The translations under genes were made by a program, and so were the position numbers. The notes beneath the pieces were generated by a model. The model was not told the origin of the DNA, did no database searches, and saw nothing but the letters and a program-made list of their open reading frames with translations. A stretch of 64,000 nt of DNA from Lama guanicoe (lineage: Eukaryota): positions 8,692,077-8,756,076 of the forward strand of contig MU053652.1 in NCBI GenBank assembly GCA_013239625.1, given 5' to 3'. Numbering within the stretch: position 1 is the first letter of the stretch; every line of letters begins with the position of its first letter. Shown in pieces: positions 51,256 to 62,820 of this stretch.

Positions 51256-51859
51256 CTAGAACTAAATTAGGACAAATTCTTAGAAAGGATCAATCTCCTG
51301 CTTATTATTTTTTTAATTATTCATGATTATTTTGTTCGGCTAAATTCCTAGAGATTGCCTTACTGGGATGAATAGACTGAACATATATTTTGGCTCCTGA
51401 TAAAATTTCCACTATATTTTATTTATTGGCAAATACATAATTAATGTCAGTTAGTTCAGCTGGCGCATGAACTAACCCTGTGTGTTCATAAGCCATGAAG
51501 TCCTGCTGTCCTCATAAAGGTGCTTTGTAGATATTTTATTCATTTGGAGATTTACATCAGAAGTCTGAATCCTCATAAATAATACATTCATAGAAGTAGA
51601 AAAAGGCAGTGCATTTTGAGTCAAAGCAAATCGACAGCAAGGGTAATGTATTCTTTCATCACATAACGCAGAGAAACCGTAAGAAGACAATCACTGGTAT
51701 TAATTCTTAAAAGTGCTTAAACATGCCAATTAAGTAGAAAACAAGAAAATATCTTGGTGATATAGAAGTTAGGCCTATTATCCTTTTGCTTCTTTCCCTG
51801 CCTTTTTTGGGGAGAGAGAGGGAAGCTTTGGTTTTCAATTTATTTGCTATAGAATTCGT

Positions 51860-53741
51860 AAGCAATTCATACTTAAAGGGCATTTTACATCACCAAATAG
51901 GACACCAAAAGTTGACAAAAATATAAAGGGAAATTGGCAAAAATCTGTCTTGGTGGGAGATCTTAATAGTTATACCTTACTATATAAGAGATGCCAAAAA
52001 TCATAAAGGATAAAATAGATTTAAATAGCACAGTAAGCACCTTGACCTTAAAGCCATATATAGAGCACTATACCCACCATGGTGAGTACTTTTCAAGTAT
52101 TCATGGAAAAGTTAAACACATCCATAGACACACACACACATATATATTTTAGACTAGTTTTAATTATTTCAAAAGATTACTAGTTTTAATTATTTCAAAA
52201 GATTACTATCGTGGGGGTTTTATTCTCTATGATGCAGTAAGCATAGAGCTTAAGGAAAAGGAGAACTTCATTTAGAAATTCTAAAAATGCACCTGTAAAC
52301 AGCTGAATAATAAAAATATTAAGTTGTAAACTTACAGGATACTGTACTTAAAGAGTTAAGGGAAATTTATGGCTTTAAATGCTTAACTAGAACAAAAGAA
52401 AGGCTTAAAATTAATGCCAGGCATTCAGCTTAAATTTTTAAAAGAACAGCAGAAGTAACAGATAAATTCGAATGGAATAAAAAAGAGCAGAATTTAATGA
52501 AACAGAAAACCAACATGCCGTGCAGAGGGTCATTAAAGTAAAACAAAGATAAGTTGAAAAGAATAATAAAAGAGACAAACCTCTTAAGATTAAAAATGGA
52601 AAGAAAAATTATATTAAGAATGAGAAGGAGACATAACTACAGATGCTGTAGATTCAAAAGACAAGGGATTTTTACAACATGGTGCAAATACTTTTGAAAA
52701 ACTTAGATGAAATAAATATATTCCTAGAAAAATAGTAGTTACCAAAATTGACTCAAAGAGAAAACCTGAGTAGTTTTATAACTATGACCCGATGAAGAAA
52801 TAGAATCATTAGTAAATATCTTCCCACAAAGAAACACTGGGCCCAAATAGCTTACTAGGTAGGTTCCAAGAACAGATAATTCCCATTTTTTTTACAAACT
52901 CTTCCAGAGAATTAAAATGTAGTACTTCTCAACTCATTCAAATAAGGTTAGCAGAACAAAAGCAGACGAGGAAAATACAGGACTGTAAATCTACAAGCCA
53001 TTCTCAATCGTGGATTTTGATACAAAATATTAGCATACTAAATCTAGTATTTTTTAAAAAAAAGGGAAGAAATTAGGTTTATCTCTAAAAATCAAGAAAA
53101 TGGATTAATATAATCTGCAATTACTGATCATCTCAGTAGATAACAGAAAAACATTTACTAAAATAGAATATCCATTTCTGGAAGATGGGATCTGCCTAGG
53201 ATCTATGTGTGTTCCTGATATATTTCATAACTATGATGTATCTATGACCCTCCGTATAACATATTTATGATATATCTGTGATCGAGAAAATCCAGAAGTT
53301 GATTATATACATGATATATAGGGGAAAGGGATATATATGTGACATATCTATGATACAACATGGCACATGCCATATATTGATGATATATGTATGTATACAC
53401 ATATAAATACTGATACATTTACGTGTGTATCTATAATGCACTAGGAAAACAATTTTCTTTACCCATTAAAGACCAACTACAAGTAACCTAGAGCCATGAT
53501 CACACTCAGAGGTAAAACTGCTGAAAATATCCCCTTTGAGAAGAAATCCAAGGGAATTATTAATATAAAATCCAAAATCCTGGCTATTTTGGTGGTAGTG
53601 TGGACTGGGGACGAGAGGAGGACGTGACCGGTGCAGGCCTGATGTCCTGGTATGCTTTCCATCTTAACCTGAGTTGTGAGAATGTTTATTTTCTTATTAT
53701 TTACATTTTGTCTCATTTTTAGACATCTTATCTAAGATATT
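51860..53741 (+). mobile_element. Very old, heavily deleted L1 (L1ME/L1M5-like) in sense orientation, with an AT-rich low-complexity segment (~53190-53440)
   Basis: EN and linker-like text: gggaaatttatggctttaaatgctta; aaaacttagatgaaataaatatattcctagaaaaata...ttaccaaaattgactcaa; tacaaactcttccagagaa. Confidence 0.75.
52153..52208 (+). repeat. Perfect 26-bp tandem duplication
   Basis: actagttttaattatttcaaaagatt x2 (52153-52178, 52179-52204) plus acta. Confidence 0.95.
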
Positions 53742-54285
53742 TGGTACTGAACACAGGTTCAGCTGCTCACTGCTCTAAAGTCAATTATTCACGAGGCAGG
53801 TGTCAGTACAGAGGAAAGGGGCTTTAGTCAGAAAAGCTGGCATCTCTGGGGAGATGGTGTACTCCCCTCCAGAAACCGCCGCCAAGGATTCTGCTCAGCT
53901 GTGACAGATATTAAAGGGAAAATGCAGGGGCATGGGGGTAGGCAGAATCTGAGTGCATCATCGAGGCAGGAGTTGGGATTCTGCATCATTCTCCGTTGCA
54001 TGCAGACTGATTCTCTCTCCAGATGTTATCTTACCCCCACGATCTGCCGTCAGGATTGCTAAGAGGATGTTGGTGGTAGAGAGCTAGTCATTCTTCATTC
54101 TTACTTCTTTTTATCTAGAAAAGAATCAATAGATTAGACAAGGCATGGTGTGCATTCAAGAGAGCGTTAGTAAGTCAGGAGTTAGGTTCAGTTGCTTACT
54201 GATCTCATTCTTGTAATTAGATTCTTTTAAGGTTAGAGGGGGACAGAAATGGGCGAACAGGAAAGGGGCAAAAGAGCTGCTTTCA
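53742..54285 (-). mobile_element. Solo ERV1-type LTR, ~544 bp
   Basis: TG...CA termini (the minus strand starts TGAAAGCAG) and 4-bp flanks TATT/TGTT with one mismatch. Interrupts the 3' end of the old L1. Confidence 0.7.
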
Positions 54286-54400
54286 TGTTCACAATAATAT
54301 GTTTTTAATGAGTAAATGAGAGATGTACCATAGTGAATGAAAACTGAAGCACAGTTATTGAAGGTGCTTGTTTGTGAAGGGTCTGAGTTAGTAGGCAGTT

Positions 54401-54428
54401 TTGCAGAGGTTCACTTGCAGAGGTTCAC
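54401..54428 (+). repeat. 14-bp tandem duplication
   Basis: ttgcagaggttcac x2. Confidence 0.9.
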
Positions 54429-56090
54429 GGGATCCTGAATGAGCACAGTTCTATACATATGTATTGTTACGTGTCTTATTCTATCCAACAATGTGGAATT
54501 GGCAACGCATTTCCCTTCAGGTAAAGTGATAGGAGGGGTGAGGGTAAAAGACAAAACTCACCAAGCCCCTCAGTGATGGTTAATAGGATCGGTCAATATT
54601 TTTCTCTTTGGAGAACTGCATATTGGAGTAGGTGAGGAATTTCAAATGATCGTATAGAACCATTGTAGTACTTTCAAAGAATTTTTGACATCTGAGAAGA
54701 AAAAATATCATTGATTTTATACATAAAATAATTTTTATGAAGAGAATTCAGTTTAAAAGATCAGCAAATTCTATGGAAAATGATTAGGCTATCTCTACAT
54801 GACTATTAAAAATCTTTGATTTCAGTTATAAGAAAATGTCTCCAAAGGTTAGTTTTCAAAAGTTAACCACATGATACCCAATAAAGAAAAGGGTATGTTA
54901 TGGGAATCTACTCCGGAGCTGTCATCCAGATCACCCGCCTGTATTCATGGCTTAAGATCACACACTCTGAATTTAGATTTATCCTCTGAAACCTTATTTT
55001 AGTTCTGAATCTATTTTTTTAAATTTCTGTTTTAGCTCTGCTTTATTTCTATCTTAATTCTATGAAATGGCAAAAAGACTCCTTGCTAACCCCTTTCTAG
55101 AAGTCTAAAGTAGAAATTAAGCTGCTCTCCATTCTAAATGAGTCTCTCTATTCCTTCTGGCATGTGACTGTAATTTTGAAGGAACAAACCACATCACTAT
55201 GTTAGTTTCTTCAGTCATTGAAATGGCCTCTGCTCTTACTGTACGTGTATCGCAACGTTATAAACTGCTGTGATGGGAGAAAACGTCACCATTACTTGTT
55301 CAGTTTTTGTTATAGTTTCCTGTTCTCCATATTTCAGCTTTCTGAATAAGGCTTATAAAATTAGTTTAGACAGTGCCATGAAAGTGGTAAATTACCTGTT
55401 TTTTTAAACTATATAAGAACTTAGTATTTTTATTTGTTAATTTTTTAACAGGAATCTTTATTTCATTAAGTCTCATTTTTTTTTCCTTCTCTTGTGTCTG
55501 TTTTACTCAATGGTGTTTCTTCATGTTGTGCTGAATCTCACGTATGTATGATCTCCAAGAATTATGAGAGACATTGATAAGATTTTTTAGTATCAGGTGT
55601 GTGCCAGTTAAATTTGTAAATATGGTAGAATTAGTTGGTGTGTGGTAAAGGTGAGATTCGATTAATTAAAAGATAAGCTAAGAAAACATGTTATTTTATT
55701 ATGATGATTTGAAAAACCTGATGACGACAGACTTACTCCAGTCTTAGGAGAGATGTACTGGGGAATTAATGGCAAAACACTCATATTTTTATGATGGTTA
55801 TTTCTTTCCTTTTGACGGGAGCTTTAAAAATCATATAAAGTAAGAGACTTGAGATAATTACCTCCACTTAAAAAATACAAATAAAATATCTAATAAAGAC
55901 TTAACAAGAAGAGATGGGGTGAAATCTTCAGCGTGCAAACATAGTTTTCTGAGAAACTTCCTCTTACATCCTCAAACCCTTAGCGATTTTCCCCAGCCAT
56001 CCATAAAAAGGGTGTTGTAATTTGTATTTAAATTAATAAAATAGGTTTCAATAGCGACATTTATAATGCTTTCCTTTAACCTAAGTTATT

Positions 56091-56222
56091 TTTTTAAACA
56101 TTTTTGTTGGGGGGAGATAATTAAATTTTATTATTTTTTTTTAATGGAGGAACTGGGGATTGAACCCCAGACCTCATGCATGCTAAGCATGTGCTCTACC
56201 ACTTAGATATTACCCCCTCCCC
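56091..56222 (-). mobile_element. tRNA-derived SINE, camelid Vic-1 type
   Basis: ggggattgaaccccagacctcatgcatgctaagcatgtgctctaccact...ccccctcccc. Degenerate TSD tttaacctaagttatt / tttacctaaattctt. Confidence 0.85.
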
Positions 56223-56487
56223 TTTACCTAAATTCTTACTGCACTCTACATTTTGTATTCTAATGTGTTAATTTTTGGAACAGCTGAGTAATTACTACAA
56301 GCTGTAAAGCTTATTGTGATTTTCCTTCCTGACTGTGCCATCTGTCAGAAACAAAAGCAGAGGTAAAAATCTCACTGAGCCACGGAAGTTTCAGTATTGC
56401 TTAACGTGCCTTCTAAGGAGATCTATATATCGGGAAAAAAACAAATTATACTGCATTTTAAAGAGAATCTTTGTTACTTCATTGCAG

Positions 56488-56599
56488 ATGGGGAACCCAA
56501 GGAGATTTTACTACTACCCATCCACGGCCTGTGGTCAAAGTAAAACTCTTCACGGAAAGCACTGGGGTCCTGGCCCTTGAAGATAAAGAACTGGGAAGG
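56488..56599 (+). CDS. CADPS2: CADPS2 internal coding exon (112 nt, phase 2-0; probably exon 7), C2 domain: (Q)[37 protein letters not shown]
   Basis: Acceptor ttacttcattgcag|A and donor AGG|gtgagt. The first base completes the CA|A codon from the 21577 donor. Translated manually because the ORF track shows another frame. Confidence 0.97.
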
Positions 56600-58067
56600 G
56601 TGAGTTATGGTCAGCCCTATGTGTCCGAAGTAGCACATTTTTAACTTTTTTTGATTCAGAATTAAGATGGACCAGTATGCAGTGGGTGAACCTTCTGTTC
56701 GTAAATCAGTCTGTTTGTAATTTCCCACGAGCCCAGCTTACAGCTCTAATTTACTAAACACAATTGTCCTAAAGCAGGAAGTGTTGTGATAGGCCTTGAG
56801 TGTGTAAGGAGAACACATAAGGTCAAAGTCACCAACACATGTACTCCACTAGCCAGTGAGTGAATGATAGAGGCCAGCTTGTCCTTGGTGAAAAGTCATC
56901 CTCATTGAAACCATGGGTTTCATGGGTTAAAAGCATCCTCTCTGTAAGTGAAGTCATCTGCTCTTAATGTTCATTACAATTAGACTAATGACAGATGATC
57001 TCTTAAGTGTGTTTATCTCTCTTACCTCTTCCATTCTCCTCCTTGAGGTCTTCCTCACTTATCCTTTAGCATTGAATTATATTTTTCCTGTAGTCACCTC
57101 CTCATGTCTATAGTATATTTATCCTCTAATTCCAGTAGCTTTCGCCTATACTCAGCTGCTTCTGGCAAGAAAAGCATTAACATTAGGGTCGAGTTGTGAT
57201 CTTAACACCTCTCTGTGTGAAAGATTATCTGCAGTCTTGTTTATGAAGTAGCTGTGTTTCAATCAGTAGGCTATGAAGTTATCGTCTGTAATGTAGATCT
57301 GTTTTACTCAGACCTGAACACTGCATTCATAGATATTTTCCAGAGAATAAAGCCTTCGGAAATCTTACTTGAAAATTTCTGGTGATGGTGGACAGCTTGT
57401 GTGTGTGATGTTAGATGTTGAAGGATACTAGAATCAGTGTGTATTTTTGATTTTTTTTTACCCTAAAGTTGGGATTTCTCTTCATTTTAAATCATCCTCC
57501 TCTTTTACTTCCTTTACACTTTTGGAGTTGTTTGTTTTTTTTTTTATTTCTGGGGATTCTGTGGATCTGTACCCACACTCCAGAAGTTGTGAGTCTATGC
57601 TCTCATTAAAGTGTCCTCTTCTGTTTTCCCTGTTATGTGTATTTCTAAATACCTAAGAGACCTAAGCCCTCATGTTCATTCATTCGTGTGCTTATATAGT
57701 TGTGTGTTTACTCACTTAACAAAGGTGTGCAGGGAGCACACTCTGACAGAGGAGCGCTGGAGACCACATAGGGTCTGATGGATTGGTGAGTCAGGGCTTT
57801 TCATTTAAACCATTATTACATCCGTTTGACCTTATTTCCTTATTGTAACTATTCTTCACTGTCTTAATAGCAGCCTTTTTAAGTCTAATGCTATCATGTA
57901 ATTTGAGATAGTTTTAATTCATTTTTCAGCTGGCCAGATAGATATTTAAGCAAATTTTAAATCATATGCATGAGTGGTATATTTTCTAATCAGTTGTATA
58001 TCTGAGAAAGGCCTCATGTTCCCTTGTTCCCTTCGTACAAGAAAGAAACCTTTCTGTCTATCTGTCT

Positions 58068-58292
58068 AAGAGTTTCTCAACCTCAGCACTATTGATGGTC
58101 TGAGCAGGATATTCTTTGTTGTTAGGAGCGCTCCTGTGTGTTTTATGATATTTAGAAGCTCCCCTCACCTCCAAGCAATAGATGCCAGTAGTCTTGCCAA
58201 CTCTTAAGTCAAAAGAATCAAAAATGTCTCCAGACATTGCCAAACGTCTCCTGGGAGGTGTGCAAAATCACCCCTGCTTGAGATCCATTGAT
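58068..58292. mobile_element. MER20 (hAT-Charlie)
   Basis: tttctcaacctcagcactattga...aaaaatgtctccagacattgccaaacgtctcctgggagg...caaaatcacccctgcttgaga. Confidence 0.9.
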
Positions 58293-58379
58293 CTATAGTA
58301 ATGACCTCAGTACGCCTCATGATTATACATATTATTTGTGAGTTAATAACTTCCAGTTGGTTTAATTATCTTTCTTCCT

Positions 58380-58870
58380 TGAAGCTTCAGATTTGTATAA
58401 CTAACCTGCATACTTGGTGTTTCTAATTGTGTATTAACAAATATCTCAAACTAGATATTTCTGGAATAAGATCTTATGATTAGCACCCCCAGAAAATCTT
58501 CCACAGAGGCCGTTGTCAAACCAGCAACCTCGGCATTCCCTTTATTTCTTCCGCTTTCACCCTAGTAGCCAATCTGTTTGCGAGTTCTATCAGCTTTTCC
58601 CTAAATTTATCCTGAGTACATTCACACTTTAACATTCCCTCTACTCTAGTTCAAGACACCATTATTTCTCACTAGTAGTAGCTTCTCATTTATCATCTTT
58701 ATCATCTTGTCCCCTCTGATCCAGTCTTCACACCTCAGCCACCATGATCTATTTAAAATTCAAAACAAAATCACATCTTTCTGCCCTTAAGATCTTCCAG
58801 TGTCTTCTCACTTGTTTGCAATAAAAACAAACAAACAAACAAAAAAAACCAGACTCCCCATCATAGTGTG
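58380..58870 (+). mobile_element. LINE-2 fragment
   Basis: ctagttcaagacaccattatttctcac...cagccaccatgatctatttaaaattcaaa...cttccagtgtcttctca. Confidence 0.65.
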
Positions 58871-58881
58871 GTGTGCCCAAG

Positions 58882-59050
58882 AAGGCTTCTCAAGGTGGGA
58901 CCTTGGACCAGCAGCATCAGCAACTTCTGGAAAATTGTTAGAAATACAGATTCTCAATCTGTTAGATCAGAAACTCTAGGGGTGGTCTCTGTTTTAACAA
59001 GGCCTCCTCGTAATTTGGACACACACCAACGTTGAAGAACCCTGCTCTAC
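58882..59050. mobile_element. MER5A (hAT-Charlie)
   Basis: ggaccagcagcatcagcaacttctggaaaattgttagaaatacagattctc...atcagaaactctaggggtgg...tgttttaacaag. Confidence 0.85.
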
Positions 59051-59459
59051 CTGAACTGATCTCTCTCCAAATTCATCTCCTATTACAACCACCTTGCTTA
59101 CTATCATTCTTCTTTTACACCTGGTTTTCTTTTTGTTCCTCAGACATATCAGACTTCGGGCCTTTAGATGTGTTATAGTCTGAGCACATGTGCGCACACA
59201 CACACACACACAATTTGGAAAAATTGGTGGTCATCTCTGGATGGTAGAGCTGTTGATAATGTTTTCTATATATTTACCTACTTTTATACTTAGAAAAAGT
59301 AATACCATTTTTTTATTTGAAGAAGACAGTCTTAAATGATCTGAAATATACAGTCTAAAATTTTATTGCTATGTGTCTGGGGATCTTAATTTAGTGAAGT
59401 TTTTAACTTAAAATTTTATGTAGCATTTGAATTTGATAAATGAGTAATACAGCCCTTAA

Positions 59460-60105
59460 AATAAATGTATACCACAAGGAGAGAACACTAAATGGCTATA
59501 ATACAAGAAAACTAACAATAACAAATGTTGACAAGGATGCAAATCAATAAACAATCTTTGCTAGTGGAAATGGAAAATTGTACAGCTGCTTTGGAATACG
59601 AGTTGCCAGTTTCTTATAAAATTAAACTTAGACTTACCATATGACCCAGCAGTTGACCTCTTAAATATTTACCAAAGAGTTTATACAGTTCATATCCACA
59701 CAAAAACCTGTATCTGAATGTTTAAAAGCTTTATTCATAATTGCTAAAAACTGGAAGCAGTAAGATGTTCTTCAACAGAGGAATGGATAAATTGTGGTAC
59801 ATCCATTCAGTGGAATACTATTCAGTGATGGAAAGAAATGAACTACTAATTCAAGCAACAACACAGATGAAACTTAAATGCAAGTGAAAGAAGTCAGACC
59901 CAAAACACTACATATTATGTAATTTGTTTTAGAAAAGTCAAAACTATAGAAACATGACACATGAGTGTTTGTCAGGGATTGGCCCAAAAGGAAAGTTGTT
60001 AGCTGAAAAGTGGTGTACAGGGATCTTTTAAGGTAAAGGAATTTTTTCTGTGTGGTACTGGGTGTTGGATGTGTTTACTGAAACACATAGAACTGTATGT
60101 ACATC
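59460..60105 (+). mobile_element. Old L1 (L1MC/ME-like) ORF2 end and 3' UTR
   Basis: caaatgttgacaaggatg...cttaccatatgacccagcag...gctttattcataattgctaaaaactggaagca...gtggtacatccattcagtggaatactattcag. Confidence 0.85.
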
Positions 60106-60107
60106 AC

Positions 60108-60660
60108 AGGAGGAGATCAATCAAGATGGAGGAATAAGAGGACATAGAGCTCACATCCCCACACAAAGAAATCAAAAATACACTTTCATGTGGAAAAATT
60201 CCCACTGAAAACTAACTGGAAACTGGCAGAAGGACTCCTGAACAACTGAATCTTTTAAAAAGATAAGCTTGAAATGGGTTAGGAAGGGAAGCAAGTGATT
60301 AGGTTGGGACTCGTGTCCCAGGGAAGGGACTCAAAAGAGAATACACAGGTAGACACTTTCCCTGGGGAGTGAGTGGTGACAGCCACCCCAGTCCAGGGTC
60401 CTACACAGAGAGACAAGCCCCCTTGGCTGGTTGGGAGGACCACTGGAACTAACAGGAGGGCTCTGGGAAGCCTGGACTCTGTGAGGAGCGTGAGTGCTCC
60501 CCAAGGCAGGGTAGGGAGAGGTCTGCTCTAGCAGCTGCCGGGTTTTCTATGGCACTGGATCTGGGGTGGTCATGACTGGGGAGAAGACTCAACTATGGGA
60601 CACAGAGGCAACCAGGTCCTGGAGCAGAGCCTGTAACTGCGCTGAAAGGGGTAATGAGAA
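60108..60660 (+). mobile_element. L1 5' UTR (promoter region) fragment, laurasiatherian/artiodactyl type
   Basis: Begins ggaggagatcaatcaagatggaggaataagaggacatagagctcacatcccc, a YY1-like CAAGATGG start typical of L1 5' ends, followed by more G/C-rich UTR text. Confidence 0.75.
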
Positions 60661-60669
60661 ATGCACACC

Positions 60670-61258
60670 TAAGCAACATGAGAGAAAAACAGTAACCTGC
60701 AAACACTACCTTAACCAGCTGATGAAGATTTACACTACGAGTGATGCCATGTAGCTGTCATGTACTCCTAATACGATGTTGTGAGAAGGGCACACTTCAC
60801 CTCTGTGATAGTCTTTCCAAAAACACCAACATAAGCCCAGTCTAATTATGAAAAAAACATCAGACAAAACCAGATTGCAGGACATTCTACAGCATAATTG
60901 GCTAGTATTTTTCCAGACTGTCAAGGTCATGAAAAACAAGGCTGAGAAACTGTCACATACAGATCAAAAGAGACTAAGGAGACAATGACAACTAAAAGCA
61001 ATGTGGTGTCCTGGACTGGGTCTTGGAACAGAAAGAGGGCATTAATGGAAAAATCCGTGGACTCCAAATAGAGTCTTGGGTTTAGTTAAAAGTAATGTGC
61101 CAATGAAGTTTCATGGTTTTTACAAAAGTGCCATGGTAGTGTGTGCTTGTTAATTATGGGGGAAACTCTGAGGGATATACAGGAACTTTCAATATTAGCA
61201 TTGCAACTTTTCTTTAAAACTTTAAATTATTCCAGAATGTAAAGCTTAGTTTTAAAAA
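60670..61258 (+). mobile_element. L1MC-type 3' UTR
   Basis: caaacactaccttaaccag...cccagtctaattatgaaaaaaacatcagacaaa...actgtcaaggtcatgaaaaacaagg...tcctggactgggtcttggaacagaaagagggcatta. Confidence 0.85.
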
Positions 61259-61299
61259 GATTTATAATAAAGAAGACTTTTAAATATTTTTTCATAGTG

Positions 61300-62150
61300 C
61301 TCCAGAATACATTTTCTAAGAAAAGAAAATTTTCCTACATCAATTCCATTATCATACCTAGGAAATTTAATATTGATAAATATTAATATGTGATATCCAG
61401 TTAACAGTCCCCTAATTATCCCAGCATGTCTATAAACTCTGGATCCCCCTGCTCCCCCAATCCAGAATACAACCCAGTATTGTGTGTTGCGTTTGACTGT
61501 CATGACTCTTTATTTTACAATTCTGCCTCTGCATTTTTGTGGGGAGTGGGGGTGTGGCAGCTTTCATGATGATGACATTTTTGAAGAGTGTGAAATAATT
61601 TTGGAGAATGTTTTTCTTCCTGGATTTATCTTATTGTTGTTTCATGATTGGATGCAGGTAAACATTTGGGGGAAGAACCCTACCTAGATGTTTTTTTGTG
61701 ATTAACATTGCATCATGACAGGAATCATATAATAGCAGATTTTGCTGATATTACTGATGTTAATTACATATGATCCCATCAGTCTTTGTGTTTTGGCACT
61801 TGAGATGTTAATCAACCCAGTTTGTACTCTTCCTGTCCCGGGCCTGTAATCAGCACTGATTCTTCTTAGTGATAATGGAATTTAGAAACTAACATTATGT
61901 GTATTATCATTTCTGGTTAAGGAATTTTTTTTAAATCTTGAGTTTACAGGTTCTCTGCAGCATCAATATGTTTACTTATTTTCTGTCTTATTGTACATAC
62001 AAAATTGTTCCAGAAATACTGTACCAGTACCACAACCAACCATAAACTTACAAATGGTCAGTATTTCTTTGCAGTCCCTTTTGTCCGTAGAATATATCCC
62101 AGTAAAGATGTATGTCTGATTACATCTTTTAAAATTAACCCAGTGCAATC
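61300..62150 (-). mobile_element. Old L1 (L1MC4/5-like) 3' region
   Basis: cattatcatacctaggaaatttaatattgata...aggtaaacatttgggggaagaacccta...actcttcctgtcccgggcctgtaatcagc. Confidence 0.65.
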
Positions 62151-62284
62151 GAAGATAAAACTTCTTATTTATATTCTAAATGGTAAAAATCACCAAAAAT
62201 ACCGCAGGTTCAGTCATTATGGAGATTTCTTTCAATAGATCTATCAGATAATAGTTTTCACCCAAGCAACTCACTAAAGGTTTT

Positions 62285-62463
62285 TGGGTTTTTTGTTGGT
62301 ATTTTTTTGGTTTTGGTTTTTAAATTTTTGTTTTGTTTTGTTTTTCTTTGGGGGGTGAGTAATTAGGTTTATTGATTTGTTTTTAGAGGAGGTATTGGGG
62401 ATTGAACCCAGGACCTCCTACATGCTAAGCATGTGCTCTACCACTTGAGCTGTACCCTGCCCT
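62285..62463 (-). mobile_element. tRNA-derived SINE, camelid Vic-1 type
   Basis: taattaggtttattgatttg...ggggattgaacccaggacctcctacatgctaagcatgtgctctaccacttgagctgtaccc. TSD actaaaggtttt / actgaaggtttt. Confidence 0.88.
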
Positions 62464-62479
62464 ACTGAAGGTTTTATTA

Positions 62480-62820
62480 GATCAGTTTTGCCATGCTAAG
62501 TAAGGTTGGCTCTGTTGACTTTTTATCAATCATGATCTAGAGGCTTTTACCCTCTGGACCTCAAAACCCTTGTCTGTAAATTGAGCTGAATGAGATAAAA
62601 ACCCTGCGATAATTTCTAGTTCTCATTCTCATTGTATTGGTTTGCTGATTGCTGTTACTGCTCACTATTCAAATATCCCATTTAATCCTCTTTGGTAGGA
62701 ACAGTCCATACTTAGTTAAAGTGAGATTCAAAGGTTTAGACCACTCAGCAGTTGCAGGGGTCAGGTTTTGAACTTGAGTTTTCTGACCCAAAGTCTATGC
62801 CCTAAGACAAATTAAACACT
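62480..62820. mobile_element. Two adjacent MIR fragments in opposite orientations
   Basis: + strand: ttaccctctggacctcaaaacccttgtctgtaaattgag. - strand: tcccatttaatcctc...ttttgaacttgagttttctgacccaaagtctatgcc. Confidence 0.55.

Noticed and set aside
56335..56580. ORF-track protein overlapping the 56488 exon
   Set aside because: Wrong frame; the true coding frame is set by the phase-2 splice (WGTQGDF...).
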